A stretch of 64,000 nucleotides of DNA, taken from assembly GCA_965199755.1 (NCBI GenBank), contig CBDASZ010000001.1, forward strand, positions 640,001 to 704,000, read 5' to 3'. Positions 40,722 through 56,852 of this stretch are shown piece by piece. Under the pieces are notes generated by a model, which saw only the letters and a list, made by a program, of their open reading frames with translations, was not told the DNA's origin and ran no database searches. Numbering within the stretch: the stretch's first letter is position 1; each line of letters starts with the position of its first letter. Source of the stretch: an uncultured candidatus Porisulfidus sp. GTDB lineage: Bacteria > Pseudomonadota > Gammaproteobacteria > Poriferisulfidales > Poriferisulfidaceae. The position numbers and the translations under genes were made by a program.

Positions 40722-43700
40722 ATGGCTTACTCCTATACTGAAAAGAAGCGCATTCGCAAAGATTTCGGCAAACTCCCTGAAGTACTCAGCATTCCCGATA
40801 TGCTGAAAGTGCAGCGGGATTCCTACAGCATGTTCCTGCAGCAGGATGTGCCGCAGAAGAAACGCAAGGACACCGGCATACAGGCGGTGCTCAACAGCAT
40901 TTTCCCGATCATCAGCCATTCCGGCCATGTCGAGTTGTTGTGCGAGGGCTACCGTCTTGAGGAGCCGCGCTTCAATGATATCGAATGTCGCCGTCGCGGC
41001 CTGACCTATATGGCACCGCTGAAGCTCAAGATGCGTCTGGACATCTATGACAAGGACCTGCCGAAGGGAGCTGAGCGCCAGATCAAGGAGGCGCGCGGTC
41101 AGGAGGTCTATCTGGGTGACATTCCCCTGATGGTCGAGAATGGCGCGTTCGTGATCAATGGCACCGACCGCGTGGTGGTGTCGCAGTTGCTGCAATCACC
41201 GGGTGTGATTTTCACCGACGACAAGGGCAAGGGACATTCCTCCGGCAAGATCCTGCATCACGCGCGTATTAAGCCGGAGTTCGGCTCCTGGCTGGAGTTC
41301 GGCTTCGATCACAAGGATCTGATGTATTTGCGCGTCGACAGCCGCCGCAAAATCCCGGCCACCATTCTGCTGCGCGCGCTCGGCATGTTAGAGCGCGACA
41401 TCTTGGATGAGTACACAAAACCGTTTTCGGTGCGCATGGAACGCTGGCGGCAAGTGCCGGTTGTGATTCTGGAAGGCCAGAAATTTGCCTACCCGCTGCG
41501 CGATGCGGAAACGGACGACGAAGTACTGCCGAAAAACCGCATTGTCTCGGAGACGGTGCTGGAGAAATTAGCCGAAAGCGGCACCACACAGGTGAAGGTG
41601 CAGCAGCAAGATCTGGAAGAACGTCTGTGCGCCGGTGAGGAGCCGGCATACTGCTACGGGCAAGACGGGCGGCAATGGGAAGTCAATCCGCGCGCTCTGG
41701 TCGGCAAGAAACTGCCTTTTGATCTGACGGACGCGAACGGCAAGCTGGCGGCGCGCATGGGAACCTCGCTGACCTCGGCGCGGGCAACCAAGTCGACGCA
41801 GCAGCGACCATGGTGTGGTGTCAACTTCGCGCCGTGCAATCGCTTCTTTGTGGATGTCGCGCATTTCACAGGGCAGAAACTGTCTTTTGACGTGATCGCG
41901 CCGGAGGCCAATGTCAAGGTGCCAACCGGACGGACGCTGTCGCCGGTGCACGTCAAACGGTTGCGTGACGCCGGGTACACCGAGCTGGAAGTGCCGGGAC
42001 GCTATTTCGCGGAAGACATGGCGCTGGCGAGCGAGCTGACCGTGTTCGATTCGGCTAGCGGCGAAATTGATGAGGAAAGCAGCAAGCAGATCAGCGAGCG
42101 CTTTCCGATCAACACCCTGCTCGATGAGCAGCATCTGCAGGAACTGATGGAGCAGCCGGTCGAGCGTTTTGACATTTTCGCTGAGGCGCGCCAAGGTATT
42201 CCGGGCACCCTGCGGGCGGATGAATTCGTGTGCCGCACGGCCAATCCGACAGCGGCCGAGCTCCGGCAAGCCGCGCAAGTCCAGATCTACCGGATTTTGC
42301 GCCCCAGTGAGCCGATCACCGCGGATACGGTCAAGAAACACTTCCAATCCCTGTTTTCTGAGCCGGAACGTTATGACCTGTCGGCGGTGGGGCGAATGCG
42401 CCTCAACCGGCGTCTGGGACGTGACAGCATGGAAGGGGAAGGCACGCTGCAGAAACAGGACATTACGGACATTCTGCATGTGCTGATCAACATCCAGCGC
42501 GGCGAAGACGTGGTCGATGATGTCGATCATCTGGGCAACCGCCGCATTCGCTGCGTCGGCGAGCAGGTGGAACAAGCGTTTCGCACCGGGATCATCCGTG
42601 TGCAGCGCGCGGTGAAAGAGCGCCTGACGCAAGTGGAATCAGACAACCTGACCGTGCAGGACATGGTCAACGCCAAGCCGGTGTCGTCGGCGATCAAGGA
42701 ATTCTTTGGTGCCAGCCAGTTGTCGCAATTCATGGATCAGAACAATCCGCTAGCGGAAGTCACGCACAAACGGCGCATTTCGGCTTTGGGCCCTGGCGGT
42801 CTGACTCGCGAGCGCGCCGGTTTCGAGGTGCGCGACGTGCACCCAACGCATTATGGGCGAGTGTGTCCGATTGAGACGCCGGAAGGCCCGAACATCGGTC
42901 TGATCAATTCACTGGCGGTGTATGCGCGACTGAATGACTATGGGTTTCTGGAGACGCCTTACTGCAAGGTGGAGCGTGGTCGGGTGATTGCGGAGAAGAT
43001 TGTGTATCTGTCCGCGATTGAAGAAGGGCAATACGTGATTGCGCAGGCGAACGCGACACTGGACGCCAAGGGGCGCTTCACGGATCAGTTGATCTCCTGC
43101 CGTCACCAAAAGGAATTTGTGCTGGAGAAACCGGAACAGGTCGATTACATTGACGTCTCGCCACGACAGATCGTGTCGGTGGCGGCCGCGTTGATTCCGT
43201 TTCTGGAGCACGACGATGCCAACCGAGCCCTGATGGGTTCGAACATGCTGCGTCAGGCCGTGCCAACCTTGCGTGCCGAGAAGCCGCTGGTAGGTACCGG
43301 TATGGAGCGCGCGGTGGCACGGGATTCCGGAGCCATGGTGCTGGCGCATCGCGGCGGCGTAGTGCATGACGTGGATGCCAATCGCATCGTGGTGCGCGCG
43401 GACATGCCGGAAGAGGACGAAGGCATGGTCGGTTCAGGCGTGGATATCTACACCCTGACCAAATACGTCCGTTCCAACCAGAGCACCTGCATCAATCAGT
43501 GCCCGCGTGTCGCAGTCGGGGATCGCATCGAGGAAGGCGACGTACTGGCGGATGGCGCGGCGACCGATTTGGGCGAATTGGCCGTGGGGCAAAACATGCT
43601 GGTCGCGTTCATGCCGTGGAATGGCTACAACTTTGAGGATTCCATTGTGATCTCCGAGCGAGTGCTGGAGGAAGACCGATATACCACCATCCATATTGAG

Positions 43701-45314
43701 GAGTTCACTTGTGTAGCGCGAGACACCAAGCTCGGCAGCGAAGAAATCACCCAGGACATTCCGAACATCAGCGAGGGTTTGCTCGGCAAACTGGATGAAT
43801 GCGGTGTCGTGCACATTGGTGCCGAAGTGTGTCCGGGCGATATTCTGGTCGGCAAGGTGACGCCGAAAGGCGAGACGCAACTGACGCCGGAAGAAAAATT
43901 GCTACGCGCCATCTTCGGCGAGAAGGCCTCCGAGATCAAGGACACTTCCCTGCGCGTGCCTTCAGGCACCGAGGGCACGGTGATTGACGTGCAGGTATTC
44001 ACGCGCGAGGGTGAGACCAAGGATGCGCGTGCGGAAGCGGTGGAGGAAGCCACGATTGAAAAAGCGCGCAAGAACGCCGATGACAAGATCAAGATTGAGG
44101 TGGAAAACATTTACCACCGCGCCCGCGCGCTGATGCTGGGCAAGCAAGCTGACAAGGGGCCGGGCAAAAAGGGGGGCTTCACGGTAACCGAGAAGTACCT
44201 TGACTCACTTGAGCCGGAGAAATGGGGCGAAATCAGTTTGCGTCAGGAGAAACTCAACAAGAGTCTTGAAGACCTGATCGCGCCGTCACGGCGCAAATCT
44301 CGGCGCAGTCTGCTGGTGCAGGCGACCGAGAAAGGGGAAGAGGAGTTCGAGCAGCAAGTCGAGAAAATCAAGGCTGGCAGCGAACTGGCTCCAGGCGTGC
44401 TGAAGACCATTAAGGTCTCGCTGGCGGTTAAGCGGCGCATGCAGCCGGGGGACAAGATGGCCGGACGCCATGGCAACAAGGGCGTGGTGTCGATGGTGGT
44501 GCCGGTTGAGGATATGCCATACATGGAAGATGGCACGACTGTGGACGTCATTCTGAATCCGCTCGGCGTGCCGTCGCGAATGAATGTCGGACAGGTACTG
44601 GAGACGCATTTGGGTTGGGCGGCAAAAGAGATGGGCAGGCAGGTGCGACAAATGCTTGATCGCACCACCCGTTCGACCGAGGTACGCAAACTGCTGGGGC
44701 AGATCTATCGCGGCGGTGGGCGTAAGGAACTGAGTTTCCGTGATTTCAGCGCCTCTGACTTGTGGACGATGGCGGAGAACCTGTGTGAGGGCGTTCCCGT
44801 TAGCACCCCGGTCTTCGACGGTGCCAGCGAAGCGGAAGTCAAGGAGATGCTAGAGCAGGCGGGATTGCCGCTGAGTGGACAGACGCGATTGCGTGACGGA
44901 CGCACTGGCGAGTTCTTTGAGCGCGAAGTGACGGTCGGCTACATGTACATGCTGAAGCTCAATCATCTGGTGGATGACAAGATGCACGCCCGCTCGACCG
45001 GACCGTACAGTCTGGTGACGCAGCAGCCGCTTGGCGGCAAGGCGCAATTCGGCGGCCAGCGCTTCGGCGAAATGGAGGTGTGGGCGCTGGAGGCCTACGG
45101 TGCCAGTTACACCCTGCAGGAAATTCTGACCGTCAAGTCTGATGACGTCGACGGGCGCAACCGGGTCTACAAGGACATCATCGCCAGTGAGATGAGTAAC
45201 CAGTCCGCGTTGCCGGAATCCTTCAACGTCCTGTTGCGCGAGGTGCGCGCGCTGGGCATCAATATCGACATGGAACACGACCGCGGCAATGACGCGCCGC
45301 CGTTGCGTCTATGA
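40722..45314 (+). CDS. rpoB: RNA polymerase beta subunit (1530 aa, enlarged)
   Basis: [62 protein letters not shown]. Confidence 0.98.
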   Translation: MAYSYTEKKRIRKDFGKLPEVLSIPDMLKVQRDSYSMFLQQDVPQKKRKDTGIQAVLNSIFPIISHSGHVELLCEGYRLEEPRFNDIECRRRGLTYMAPLKLKMRLDIYDKDLPKGAERQIKEARGQEVYLGDIPLMVENGAFVINGTDRVVVSQLLQSPGVIFTDDKGKGHSSGKILHHARIKPEFGSWLEFGFDHKDLMYLRVDSRRKIPATILLRALGMLERDILDEYTKPFSVRMERWRQVPVVILEGQKFAYPLRDAETDDEVLPKNRIVSETVLEKLAESGTTQVKVQQQDLEERLCAGEEPAYCYGQDGRQWEVNPRALVGKKLPFDLTDANGKLAARMGTSLTSARATKSTQQRPWCGVNFAPCNRFFVDVAHFTGQKLSFDVIAPEANVKVPTGRTLSPVHVKRLRDAGYTELEVPGRYFAEDMALASELTVFDSASGEIDEESSKQISERFPINTLLDEQHLQELMEQPVERFDIFAEARQGIPGTLRADEFVCRTANPTAAELRQAAQVQIYRILRPSEPITADTVKKHFQSLFSEPERYDLSAVGRMRLNRRLGRDSMEGEGTLQKQDITDILHVLINIQRGEDVVDDVDHLGNRRIRCVGEQVEQAFRTGIIRVQRAVKERLTQVESDNLTVQDMVNAKPVSSAIKEFFGASQLSQFMDQNNPLAEVTHKRRISALGPGGLTRERAGFEVRDVHPTHYGRVCPIETPEGPNIGLINSLAVYARLNDYGFLETPYCKVERGRVIAEKIVYLSAIEEGQYVIAQANATLDAKGRFTDQLISCRHQKEFVLEKPEQVDYIDVSPRQIVSVAAALIPFLEHDDANRALMGSNMLRQAVPTLRAEKPLVGTGMERAVARDSGAMVLAHRGGVVHDVDANRIVVRADMPEEDEGMVGSGVDIYTLTKYVRSNQSTCINQCPRVAVGDRIEEGDVLADGAATDLGELAVGQNMLVAFMPWNGYNFEDSIVISERVLEEDRYTTIHIEEFTCVARDTKLGSEEITQDIPNISEGLLGKLDECGVVHIGAEVCPGDILVGKVTPKGETQLTPEEKLLRAIFGEKASEIKDTSLRVPSGTEGTVIDVQVFTREGETKDARAEAVEEATIEKARKNADDKIKIEVENIYHRARALMLGKQADKGPGKKGGFTVTEKYLDSLEPEKWGEISLRQEKLNKSLEDLIAPSRRKSRRSLLVQATEKGEEEFEQQVEKIKAGSELAPGVLKTIKVSLAVKRRMQPGDKMAGRHGNKGVVSMVVPVEDMPYMEDGTTVDVILNPLGVPSRMNVGQVLETHLGWAAKEMGRQVRQMLDRTTRSTEVRKLLGQIYRGGGRKELSFRDFSASDLWTMAENLCEGVPVSTPVFDGASEAEVKEMLEQAGLPLSGQTRLRDGRTGEFFEREVTVGYMYMLKLNHLVDDKMHARSTGPYSLVTQQPLGGKAQFGGQRFGEMEVWALEAYGASYTLQEILTVKSDDVDGRNRVYKDIIASEMSNQSALPESFNVLLREVRALGINIDMEHDRGNDAPPLRL

Positions 45315-45333
45315 CCACATCAGGAGAACCGCA

Positions 45334-49566
<4,233 letters not shown>

Positions 49567-49604
49567 GGCGGACCGCTGTCGCCCACCGGGCGCGGTGGGA
49601 TACC

Positions 49605-50654
49605 ATGTCACGTGAGGAATTGGACATGTGTGCTGTTGAGACGACCCTTCCACGCGATCAGCGCGACCGTCCGCTGCGCGATTTGCGGATTTCGGTCACG
49701 GACCGCTGCAATTTTCGCTGCACGTACTGCATGCCGAAGGAAATCTTCGGCGCGGACCATGTTTTCTTGCAACGTCCGCAATTACTGAGCTTTGAAGAAG
49801 TTGAGCGCGTCGCGCGCATTCTCGCAGGACTGGGCGTACACAAACTGCGCCTGACCGGAGGCGAGCCGCTGCTGCGCCGCCATCTGGATCGTCTGGTGAC
49901 CTGCCTTGCCAATATTGAGGGCATTGATGATCTGTGTCTGACCACCAACGGGGCCTTGCTGAGCGCTGAGATGGCGCAGCAGTTGGCCGCGGCAGGACTA
50001 AATCGCGTCACCGTCAGTCTGGACGGCCTCAATAACGCCACTTTTCGGGAGCTGGTGGCCGCGCGTTGCAATGTGTCGCGTGTGCTCGATGCGATTGAGC
50101 ACGCCGAGGCGGCGGGTCTGGGACCAGTGAAAGTCAACATGGTGGTCAAGCGCGGCATTAACGAGCAGGAAATCGTGCCGATGGCGGAATACTTCCGGGG
50201 CACGCCGCATATCCTGCGCTTTATCGAATTTATGGATGTCGGCAGCACCAATCACTGGTGCCAGGAATCGGTTGTCCCAGCAAAAGAAGTGCTGCAGATA
50301 ATTGAAGCGCAATGGCCGCTTGCGCCATTGGAGGAACACTATCGCGGCGAAGTCGCGCGCCGCTGGCACTATCAGGACGGGCAAGGTGAGATCGGCGTGA
50401 TCGCCTCAGTCACCCAGCCGTTTTGTGGGGACTGCCACCGGCTTCGGCTCACTGCCGACGGCATGTTGTATACCTGTCTGTTCGCATCCAACGGGCATGA
50501 CATCAAGGGGCCGCTGCGCGCTGGTGCCAGTGATGATACCCTGCGCCAGGATCTGATTCAATTGTGGCGCGATCGTGAGGATCGCTATTCCGAGTTGCGC
50601 AGCCAGCAGGCACCGCTGGAGCAGAAAGTAGAGATGTCGTATTTGGGAGGCTGA
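49605..50654 (+). CDS. moaA: GTP 3',8-cyclase MoaA
   Basis: LRISVTDRCNFRCTYCMP radical-SAM motif, FCGDCHRLR..LYTCLF, C-terminal MSYLGG; start may be 49626. Confidence 0.96.
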   Translation: MSREELDMCAVETTLPRDQRDRPLRDLRISVTDRCNFRCTYCMPKEIFGADHVFLQRPQLLSFEEVERVARILAGLGVHKLRLTGGEPLLRRHLDRLVTCLANIEGIDDLCLTTNGALLSAEMAQQLAAAGLNRVTVSLDGLNNATFRELVAARCNVSRVLDAIEHAEAAGLGPVKVNMVVKRGINEQEIVPMAEYFRGTPHILRFIEFMDVGSTNHWCQESVVPAKEVLQIIEAQWPLAPLEEHYRGEVARRWHYQDGQGEIGVIASVTQPFCGDCHRLRLTADGMLYTCLFASNGHDIKGPLRAGASDDTLRQDLIQLWRDREDRYSELRSQQAPLEQKVEMSYLGG

Positions 50655-50667
50655 AGAGCCTCCTGTC

Positions 50668-52041
50668 TCAAAAAGGTAGCTCCAGATTTGGGTCCACCGC
50701 GAGCAGCTGCTCTCGAAACGCAGCCTGAATCCGCAGTAGCGCGGCTTCATCCGCTCCCTCGAAGCGCGTCACCACGCACGGCGTGGTATTGGAGGCGCGG
50801 GCCAGTCCAAACCCGTCCGCGAAGTCCGCGCGCAGCCCATCAATGCGTGTTAATCGCGCGTCAGGGAACGCGGCCTGCTCGGTGAACTGCTCGATAAACT
50901 GATGTTGTGCGCCGTCTTTATCAAACGGCAGATTGATCTCCGGCGTGACGCACGCCTGCGGCAGCGCGGCGAATACGGAACTCGCCGGGCGCGATTCGGC
51001 TGATAAGATCTCCAGCAGTCGCGCGGCCGCATAGATGCCGTCATCGAAACCGTACCAGCGCTCCTTGAAGAACAGGTGCCCGCTCATTTCACCGCCGATG
51101 GAGGCACCGGTTTCAAGCATGCGGGCCTTGATGAATGAGTGGCCGGTGCGCGCCATCACGGGCAATCCGCCATGCGTCTCAATCACCTGCGGTAGCAAAC
51201 TGGAGCACTTGACATCAAAGACCACGGTGGCACCGGGGACGCGCTGCAGCACATCGGCCGCGTGCACCATGAGCTGGCGGTCCGCCCACAGAATGTCGCC
51301 CTGATCATCAATCACGCCGCAGCGGTCGCCGTCACCGTCTAATGCGATACCAAGATCAAGATTTTCAGCGCGAACGCAGTCGATCAAGTCCTGCAGGTTG
51401 GCCGCATCCGAAGGATTCGGGTGGTGGTTCGGAAAGTTGCCGTCCACCTCGCAGTATAGCGGCACGACGTCTACATTGCAGGCGCACAAGGTCGCCAGCG
51501 CCAGCGGACCAGCGGCACCATTGCCGGCATCTAGCGCGATGCGCATAGGCCGTTTGAGTGTGATGTCTGAAGCAATGCGACGAATATAGGCGTCGGTCAT
51601 ATCGCAGTGGATGCGTTCACCGGGGGTGGTGGCGGGCTGATAGGAATCATCAATATGCGCGCGCAGGGTCTGGATGTCCTCACCGGCGAGGGTATGGCCC
51701 TCCATCATCATTTTGAAACCGTTGTATTCCGGTGGGTTGTGGCTGCCGGTCACCATCACGCCGCAGTCCAGTTCCAGTTCGTGCGCGGCGAAGTACAAAG
51801 CCGGAGTCGGCACCAGTCCGATGTCGTGGACGGTGACGCCGGCTTCAAGGAACCCGTCAATCAGCGCCTGTGCCAGCGCCTTGCTGGAGCAGCGGCCGTC
51901 GCGCCCGACGGCGAGGGCGCGGACATTGGGGTAGACCTGTGCGAGGGTGCGCCCCAGTTGTCGGGCAAAGTCCTCGGTCAATTCGCGCTCGGCAATGCCG
52001 CGAATATCGTAAGCCCGGAAGATATGAGACGGAGTGCTCAC
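50668..52041 (-). CDS. algC: Phosphomannomutase/phosphoglucomutase (AlgC-like)
   Basis: [32 protein letters not shown]. Confidence 0.92.
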   Translation of the reverse strand: MSTPSHIFRAYDIRGIAERELTEDFARQLGRTLAQVYPNVRALAVGRDGRCSSKALAQALIDGFLEAGVTVHDIGLVPTPALYFAAHELELDCGVMVTGSHNPPEYNGFKMMMEGHTLAGEDIQTLRAHIDDSYQPATTPGERIHCDMTDAYIRRIASDITLKRPMRIALDAGNGAAGPLALATLCACNVDVVPLYCEVDGNFPNHHPNPSDAANLQDLIDCVRAENLDLGIALDGDGDRCGVIDDQGDILWADRQLMVHAADVLQRVPGATVVFDVKCSSLLPQVIETHGGLPVMARTGHSFIKARMLETGASIGGEMSGHLFFKERWYGFDDGIYAAARLLEILSAESRPASSVFAALPQACVTPEINLPFDKDGAQHQFIEQFTEQAAFPDARLTRIDGLRADFADGFGLARASNTTPCVVTRFEGADEAALLRIQAAFREQLLAVDPNLELPF

Positions 52042-52508
52042 TGGGTTCCGCTATGCCCGAATCCGCCCGTGCCGCGTTCGCTGCTTGTGAACTCCTCCAC
52101 GACCTCGAACTGCATCTGCTGTACCGGCACCAGCACCAGTTGCGCAATGCGCTCACCGACTTCAATGGTGAACGGCTCGGTGCCGCGGTTCCAGCAGGAA
52201 ATCATCAACTCACCCTGATAATCGGAGTCAATCAGGCCGACCAGATTGCCCAGCACAATGCCGTGCTTGTGTCCCAGCCCGGAGCGCGGCAGAATCACTG
52301 CGGCGTAAGCCGGATCGTCAATGTGGATGGCGAACCCGGAAGGGATCAGTTCGGTCTGTCCGGGCTGCAGGCACAGGGGTTCGCGCAGACAGGCGCGCAA
52401 GTCCAGCCCGGCGGAGCCATCGGTGGCGTGTTCGGGCAGGGGGATGTCGCCGCCGAGGCGATCATCCAGCAGGCGAATTTTGATGCGCTGCACGGTGCTG
52501 GAACTCAA
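52038..52508 (-). CDS. dut: dUTP diphosphatase
   Basis: [38 protein letters not shown]; start may be GTG 52493. Confidence 0.96.
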   Translation of the reverse strand: MSSSTVQRIKIRLLDDRLGGDIPLPEHATDGSAGLDLRACLREPLCLQPGQTELIPSGFAIHIDDPAYAAVILPRSGLGHKHGIVLGNLVGLIDSDYQGELMISCWNRGTEPFTIEVGERIAQLVLVPVQQMQFEVVEEFTSSERGTGGFGHSGTQ

Positions 52509-53709
52509 TGACGGAAGCGGTACGGGTGAAGTGGGCGGCGAGGCGTTCGATCAGCTGGCGCGCTAGTACGGATTTGCTCGCCGGACCGAGGCTGTGGACG
52601 CCTTCGGCGCTGACGATTTCCAGCCGGGATTCAATATCGCCGAAGCCCTGACCGTCACCAATGTGGTTGGCCACAATCCAGTCAGCTCCCTTAGCCCGCA
52701 GTTTGCTGCGCGCATTCTCAATCAACTGTTCGGTCTCCGCGGCGAAGCCGACCACGAAGGGGCGTGGATTCCAGCGGCTGATCTGCGCCAGAATATCCGG
52801 CGTGGGTTCGAGTTCCAGCGAAAATGCGCCGGTGGTTTTCTTGTATTTTTGCAACGTTGGATTGGTGACGCGCCAGTCGGAGACGGCAGCGCTCGCAACC
52901 ACCAGATCGCAGCCACGCCCGTGTGTCGTAACCGCCTGCAGCATATCCTCGGCCGACTCCACCGAGATGACTTCGGCACCTTCCGGGAGCGGCGCGCTGA
53001 TCGGCCCGCATGCAAGCGTGACCTTCGCGCCCTGATCGAGCAGAGCTTCTGCGATGGCGCAACCCAGACGCCCGCTGCTGTAATTGCTGATATAGCGTGC
53101 CGGATCAATTTTCTCACGGGTGGGGCCCGCGGTCACCAGCGCATGAATACCCTGCAGAACGCGGCTGGAACCCAGGGCGCGCAGCACCTCGATGAGTTCT
53201 TCCGGCTGCGGCATGCGCCCGGTGCCGACTTCGCCGCAGGCGTGCTCGCCCTGATCAGGCTCCAGCACAGTGAGTCCGCGCTGGCGCAGGGTTGCGACAT
53301 TGTTCTGGGTGGCCGCGCTTCCCCACATGGCGGGATTCATCGCTGGCGCGATCAGCAATGGCGCACGGGTCGCCAGACACACGGTGGTGAGCAAGTCATC
53401 CGCCGCACCGGAAGCCAAGCGAGACAGACACTGTGCGCTGGCCGGCGCGATCAGCATCGCATCGGCCCATCGGGCCAGTTCGATATGGCTCATGGCGCGT
53501 TCCGCGTCGCGGTCGAACAGGGCGTCGCGCACGCTTCTCCCGCTCAGAGCTTCCAGCACCATCGGGCTGACGAATTGCCGGGCGGATTCCGTCATGATAA
53601 CCTGGACTTCGGCACCTTCGCGTTGCAACTGGCGCACCAGTTCGCAGGTCTTGTAGGCGGCGATGCTGCCGGTGATTCCCAGCAGGATTTTGCGGTGTTT
53701 GAGGTTCAT
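52462..53709 (-). CDS. coaBC: Bifunctional phosphopantothenoylcysteine decarboxylase/synthetase
   Basis: [50 protein letters not shown]. Confidence 0.96.
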   Translation of the reverse strand: MNLKHRKILLGITGSIAAYKTCELVRQLQREGAEVQVIMTESARQFVSPMVLEALSGRSVRDALFDRDAERAMSHIELARWADAMLIAPASAQCLSRLASGAADDLLTTVCLATRAPLLIAPAMNPAMWGSAATQNNVATLRQRGLTVLEPDQGEHACGEVGTGRMPQPEELIEVLRALGSSRVLQGIHALVTAGPTREKIDPARYISNYSSGRLGCAIAEALLDQGAKVTLACGPISAPLPEGAEVISVESAEDMLQAVTTHGRGCDLVVASAAVSDWRVTNPTLQKYKKTTGAFSLELEPTPDILAQISRWNPRPFVVGFAAETEQLIENARSKLRAKGADWIVANHIGDGQGFGDIESRLEIVSAEGVHSLGPASKSVLARQLIERLAAHFTRTASVIEFQHRAAHQNSPAG

Positions 53710-54851
53710 TCGGGGCAGTTTAACAAAAACCCCTCCAATGCTTGCAGCAGTTGATCAATCTGCGAGTGGCTGTGCGATGCGGACAGGGTGATGCGCAGCC
53801 GGGCACTGCCTTCAGGCACCGCGGGAGGACGAATGGCGCGTACGGCCAGACCGCACTGGCGCAAATGCGCACTGGCTTCCAGAGCGCGTGTCGCGGTGCC
53901 CAGAACAATCGGCTGAATGGCGCTTCGGGATTCCATCACCGGAATCTTCTGCTCGGCGGCGCACTGGCGAAAGTAGGCGATGTTGTCTCGCAACTGTGCC
54001 ATCGGCGCGGTGTCTTCTTCAAGCAGACCCAGGCCCTGCAAGGCTGCGGCGGCAAGCGGTGGTGCCAAGGCCGTGTCATAAATATAACTGCGTGCATATT
54101 GCAGCAGGTGTTCAATCAGGTCGTGCGGACCTGCGACAAATCCGCCCTGAGCGCCCAGTGCCTTCCCCAAAGTGCCGACCAGCAACGGGATATCGTCCTG
54201 CTCCAAAGCGTGCTCCTCGAGCAAGCCCGCACCGCTCTCACCCAGCACGCCCAGACCATGCGCATCATCACATAGCAGCAATGCGTCGTGTTGTTGGGCA
54301 AGTTGCGCCAGTGCGGCAATCGGAGCGGTGTCGCCGTCCATGCTGAAGACGCCATCGGTCAGGATCATGCTCGCGCCATGTTGTGTCAGCAGTTGCGCGG
54401 CGTGTTCGGCGTCAACGTGCTGGTAGCGCTGCCGCACGGCACCGCTGAGGGTGACGGCATCGACTAGCGAGGCATGATTCTGACGGTCTCCGAGGATCGT
54501 GTCGGAGCGCTGCGCGAGCGCGGTGACGCAGCCGAGGTTGGTCAGATAGCCGGAGGAGAACACCAATGCGCGGTCGCGCCTGGTGAAGCGTGCCAGCGCC
54601 TCTTCCAGTGCTTCGTGAACTTGCGTGTATCCGGTGATGAGGGCAGATGCCCCCGCGCCTGCACCATAACGCTGCGCGGCTTTGCTCAGTGCTTCCTGCA
54701 GCAGCGGATGGTTGCTGAATCCCAGATAGTCGTTGCTGCAGAGGTCAATCAGCGAAGTGCCGTCGAGTTGTCGCTGCGGACTTGCGCCCTGTTCGCACCG
54801 CCAGCGCACCCGCCGTGCGTCTTCAGCACGCGGGACGCGCCAGTCCTTCAT
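53706..54851 (-). CDS. bioF: 8-amino-7-oxononanoate synthase
   Basis: SNDYLG, FSSGY.N, NHAS, DGVFSMDGD, DDAHG, TLGKA, IRPP.VP; start moved to ATG 54851. Confidence 0.93.
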   Translation of the reverse strand: MKDWRVPRAEDARRVRWRCEQGASPQRQLDGTSLIDLCSNDYLGFSNHPLLQEALSKAAQRYGAGAGASALITGYTQVHEALEEALARFTRRDRALVFSSGYLTNLGCVTALAQRSDTILGDRQNHASLVDAVTLSGAVRQRYQHVDAEHAAQLLTQHGASMILTDGVFSMDGDTAPIAALAQLAQQHDALLLCDDAHGLGVLGESGAGLLEEHALEQDDIPLLVGTLGKALGAQGGFVAGPHDLIEHLLQYARSYIYDTALAPPLAAAALQGLGLLEEDTAPMAQLRDNIAYFRQCAAEQKIPVMESRSAIQPIVLGTATRALEASAHLRQCGLAVRAIRPPAVPEGSARLRITLSASHSHSQIDQLLQALEGFLLNCPE

Positions 54852-54862
54852 AGAAAGTGAGG

Positions 54863-55828
54863 TCAGGGGAGGGGTGAACTGCCGGCTTGCGCGTCCAGCC
54901 CCAGACGCGCGAACAGCGCCTGATCCCGGGACGTATCCGGGTTGGGTGTTGTCAACAGGGTTTCGCCGTAGAACACGGAGTTGGCTCCGGCGAAAAAGCA
55001 CAGCGCCTGCGTCTCGTCACTCATGTCTTCACGCCCGGCTGACAGGCGTACCATGGAGGCCGGCATGGTGATGCGCGCGGCCGCGATGACGCGCACGAAC
55101 TCTAGCGGATCCAGCGCACTCGCCTCGGCTAAAGGCGTGCCTTCGACACGCACCAGCAAGTTGATCGGCACGGACTCAGGGTGCGGATTTTGCGCCGCGA
55201 GTTGCGCCAGCAGGCCGGCTCGGTCTTGTCGGGATTCTCCCATGCCCAGAATGCCGCCGCTGCAGACATGAATGCCGGCATCGCGCACGTGGCGCAAGGT
55301 GTCGAGACGTTCCTGATAGTCGCGAGTGGTGATGATCTCGCCATAGAATTCCGGCGAGGTGTCGAGGTTGTGGTTGTAGTAGTCCAGTCCGCACGACGCC
55401 AGCCTTTGGGCTTGCGCCTCATTCAGCATGCCGAGCGTCACGCAGGTCTCAAGACCTTCGTCTTGCACCACTTCGATCATGCGCATGACGCCGTCCAGAT
55501 CGCGATCGGTCGGTGCGCGCCAGGCCGCGCCCATGCAGAATCGGCTGGCACCGCTTTGCGCCGCGCGGTGCGCAGCACTGCGCACCTCATCCAGGTCCAG
55601 CAGTTTCTCGCGCTCAAGACCCGTGGCGTAGTGCGCGCTTTGCGGGCAGTAGGCGCAGTCTTCCGGGCAGCCGCCGGTCTTAATGGAAAGCAGGGTGCTG
55701 ATTTGCACCTGATTGACAGGGTGGTGTTCACGGTGGAGGGTTTGCGCGCGATACAGAAGATCGTTGAAGGGCAAGCCGATCAGTTGGGTGATTTCGGCAG
55801 CCGTCCAGTCGTAGCGCAAGGCAGACAT
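54863..55828 (-). CDS. bioB: Biotin synthase
   Basis: [42 protein letters not shown]. Confidence 0.97.
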   Translation of the reverse strand: MSALRYDWTAAEITQLIGLPFNDLLYRAQTLHREHHPVNQVQISTLLSIKTGGCPEDCAYCPQSAHYATGLEREKLLDLDEVRSAAHRAAQSGASRFCMGAAWRAPTDRDLDGVMRMIEVVQDEGLETCVTLGMLNEAQAQRLASCGLDYYNHNLDTSPEFYGEIITTRDYQERLDTLRHVRDAGIHVCSGGILGMGESRQDRAGLLAQLAAQNPHPESVPINLLVRVEGTPLAEASALDPLEFVRVIAAARITMPASMVRLSAGREDMSDETQALCFFAGANSVFYGETLLTTPNPDTSRDQALFARLGLDAQAGSSPLP

Positions 55829-55865
55829 AACGCGGACAGATTATAGGGGGTTCGCGCCGGAGTGC

Positions 55866-56765
55866 TTACAGGATGCTTGCCATGCGTGTCGTCGCATCCG
55901 TTACTTCCAGCACGATGCCGACCCAGATAACAGCGCCGACCCGCGGGTTCTGCAAAAAAGCGCGCAGACACCGGGCGCTTTCTCTGCGTCGGCAACTGTA
56001 TAACTGCCATGCCAGAAGTCCGCCGACGACCGCCAGACTTAATGCGTATGCCGCGCCCAGCCCAAGCTGTGCTCCCGCCAGCCACAGCGTGCCCAGAAAC
56101 GCTCCCTGCAAGAGTCCGATGATCACCAGATCAAAGCGCCCGAACAAGATCGCGGTGGAACGATTGCCGACCTTCAGGTCATCATCGCGGTCCGCCATGG
56201 CGTACAGCGTGTCGTAGGCAATCACCCACAACACCGTGGCGAGAAACAGTAACCACCCCCAGAGTTGGGGCCAGTCGCCGGTGCTGGCGGTGATAGCGAT
56301 CGGCACAGAGAATGCGAAGGCGAACCCCAGATGCAGTTGCGGGCCGTGATGCCAGCGTTTGGCGTACGGATAACTGATAGCGAGTAATGCGGCCGGGATG
56401 GCCAGCATCAGACTCAACGCCGGCAGCAATAGCGCCAGTCCCAGCGCGACGGCGAACAATACCGCGGCCGCCTGCACACCGGCGCGCGGAGGTAGGGCAC
56501 CGCTTGCGAGTGGGCGCTCGCGGGTGCGCGCGACCTGTGCGTCGAGTTCGCGATCAGCGTAGTCATTGATGGCGCAGCCGGCGGAGCGCATGACGACAAC
56601 CCCCAGCACGATGATGATGAGCAGCCGTGATTCCGGCCAGTCTCCGGCGGCCAGCCATAGCGCCCACAGAGGCGGCCACAGTAACAAATAAATGCCAACC
56701 GGGCGATCCAGCCGGAGCAATCGGATATAGACATCCAGCGTTGGAGATCGGGCGAAAAGTGACAT
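55866..56765 (-). CDS. ubiA: 4-hydroxybenzoate polyprenyltransferase
   Basis: RLDRPVG..LLLWP, RSAGC.INDYADRELD.QV.RT..RPL, YDTLYAMADRDDD; start approximate. Confidence 0.93.
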   Translation of the reverse strand: MSLFARSPTLDVYIRLLRLDRPVGIYLLLWPPLWALWLAAGDWPESRLLIIIVLGVVVMRSAGCAINDYADRELDAQVARTRERPLASGALPPRAGVQAAAVLFAVALGLALLLPALSLMLAIPAALLAISYPYAKRWHHGPQLHLGFAFAFSVPIAITASTGDWPQLWGWLLFLATVLWVIAYDTLYAMADRDDDLKVGNRSTAILFGRFDLVIIGLLQGAFLGTLWLAGAQLGLGAAYALSLAVVGGLLAWQLYSCRRRESARCLRAFLQNPRVGAVIWVGIVLEVTDATTRMASIL

Positions 56766-56852
56766 GCAGAGGGCTTGGGGAGCGGTCAATATTTCTGCAG
56801 ATGTAGTTTAACCAAGTAAGATAGCCTGCTCAAACGGGCACCGGAACCGCTT

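Noticed and set aside
42700-42800. RpoB rifampicin cluster I variants (FFGASQ, NPLAEV)
   Set aside because: Key Gln, Asp, His, Arg and Ser contacts are retained, and Ala at the NPLAE position occurs in susceptible taxa.
49567-49604. Moco riboswitch before moaA
   Set aside because: The 38-nt gap is far too short.
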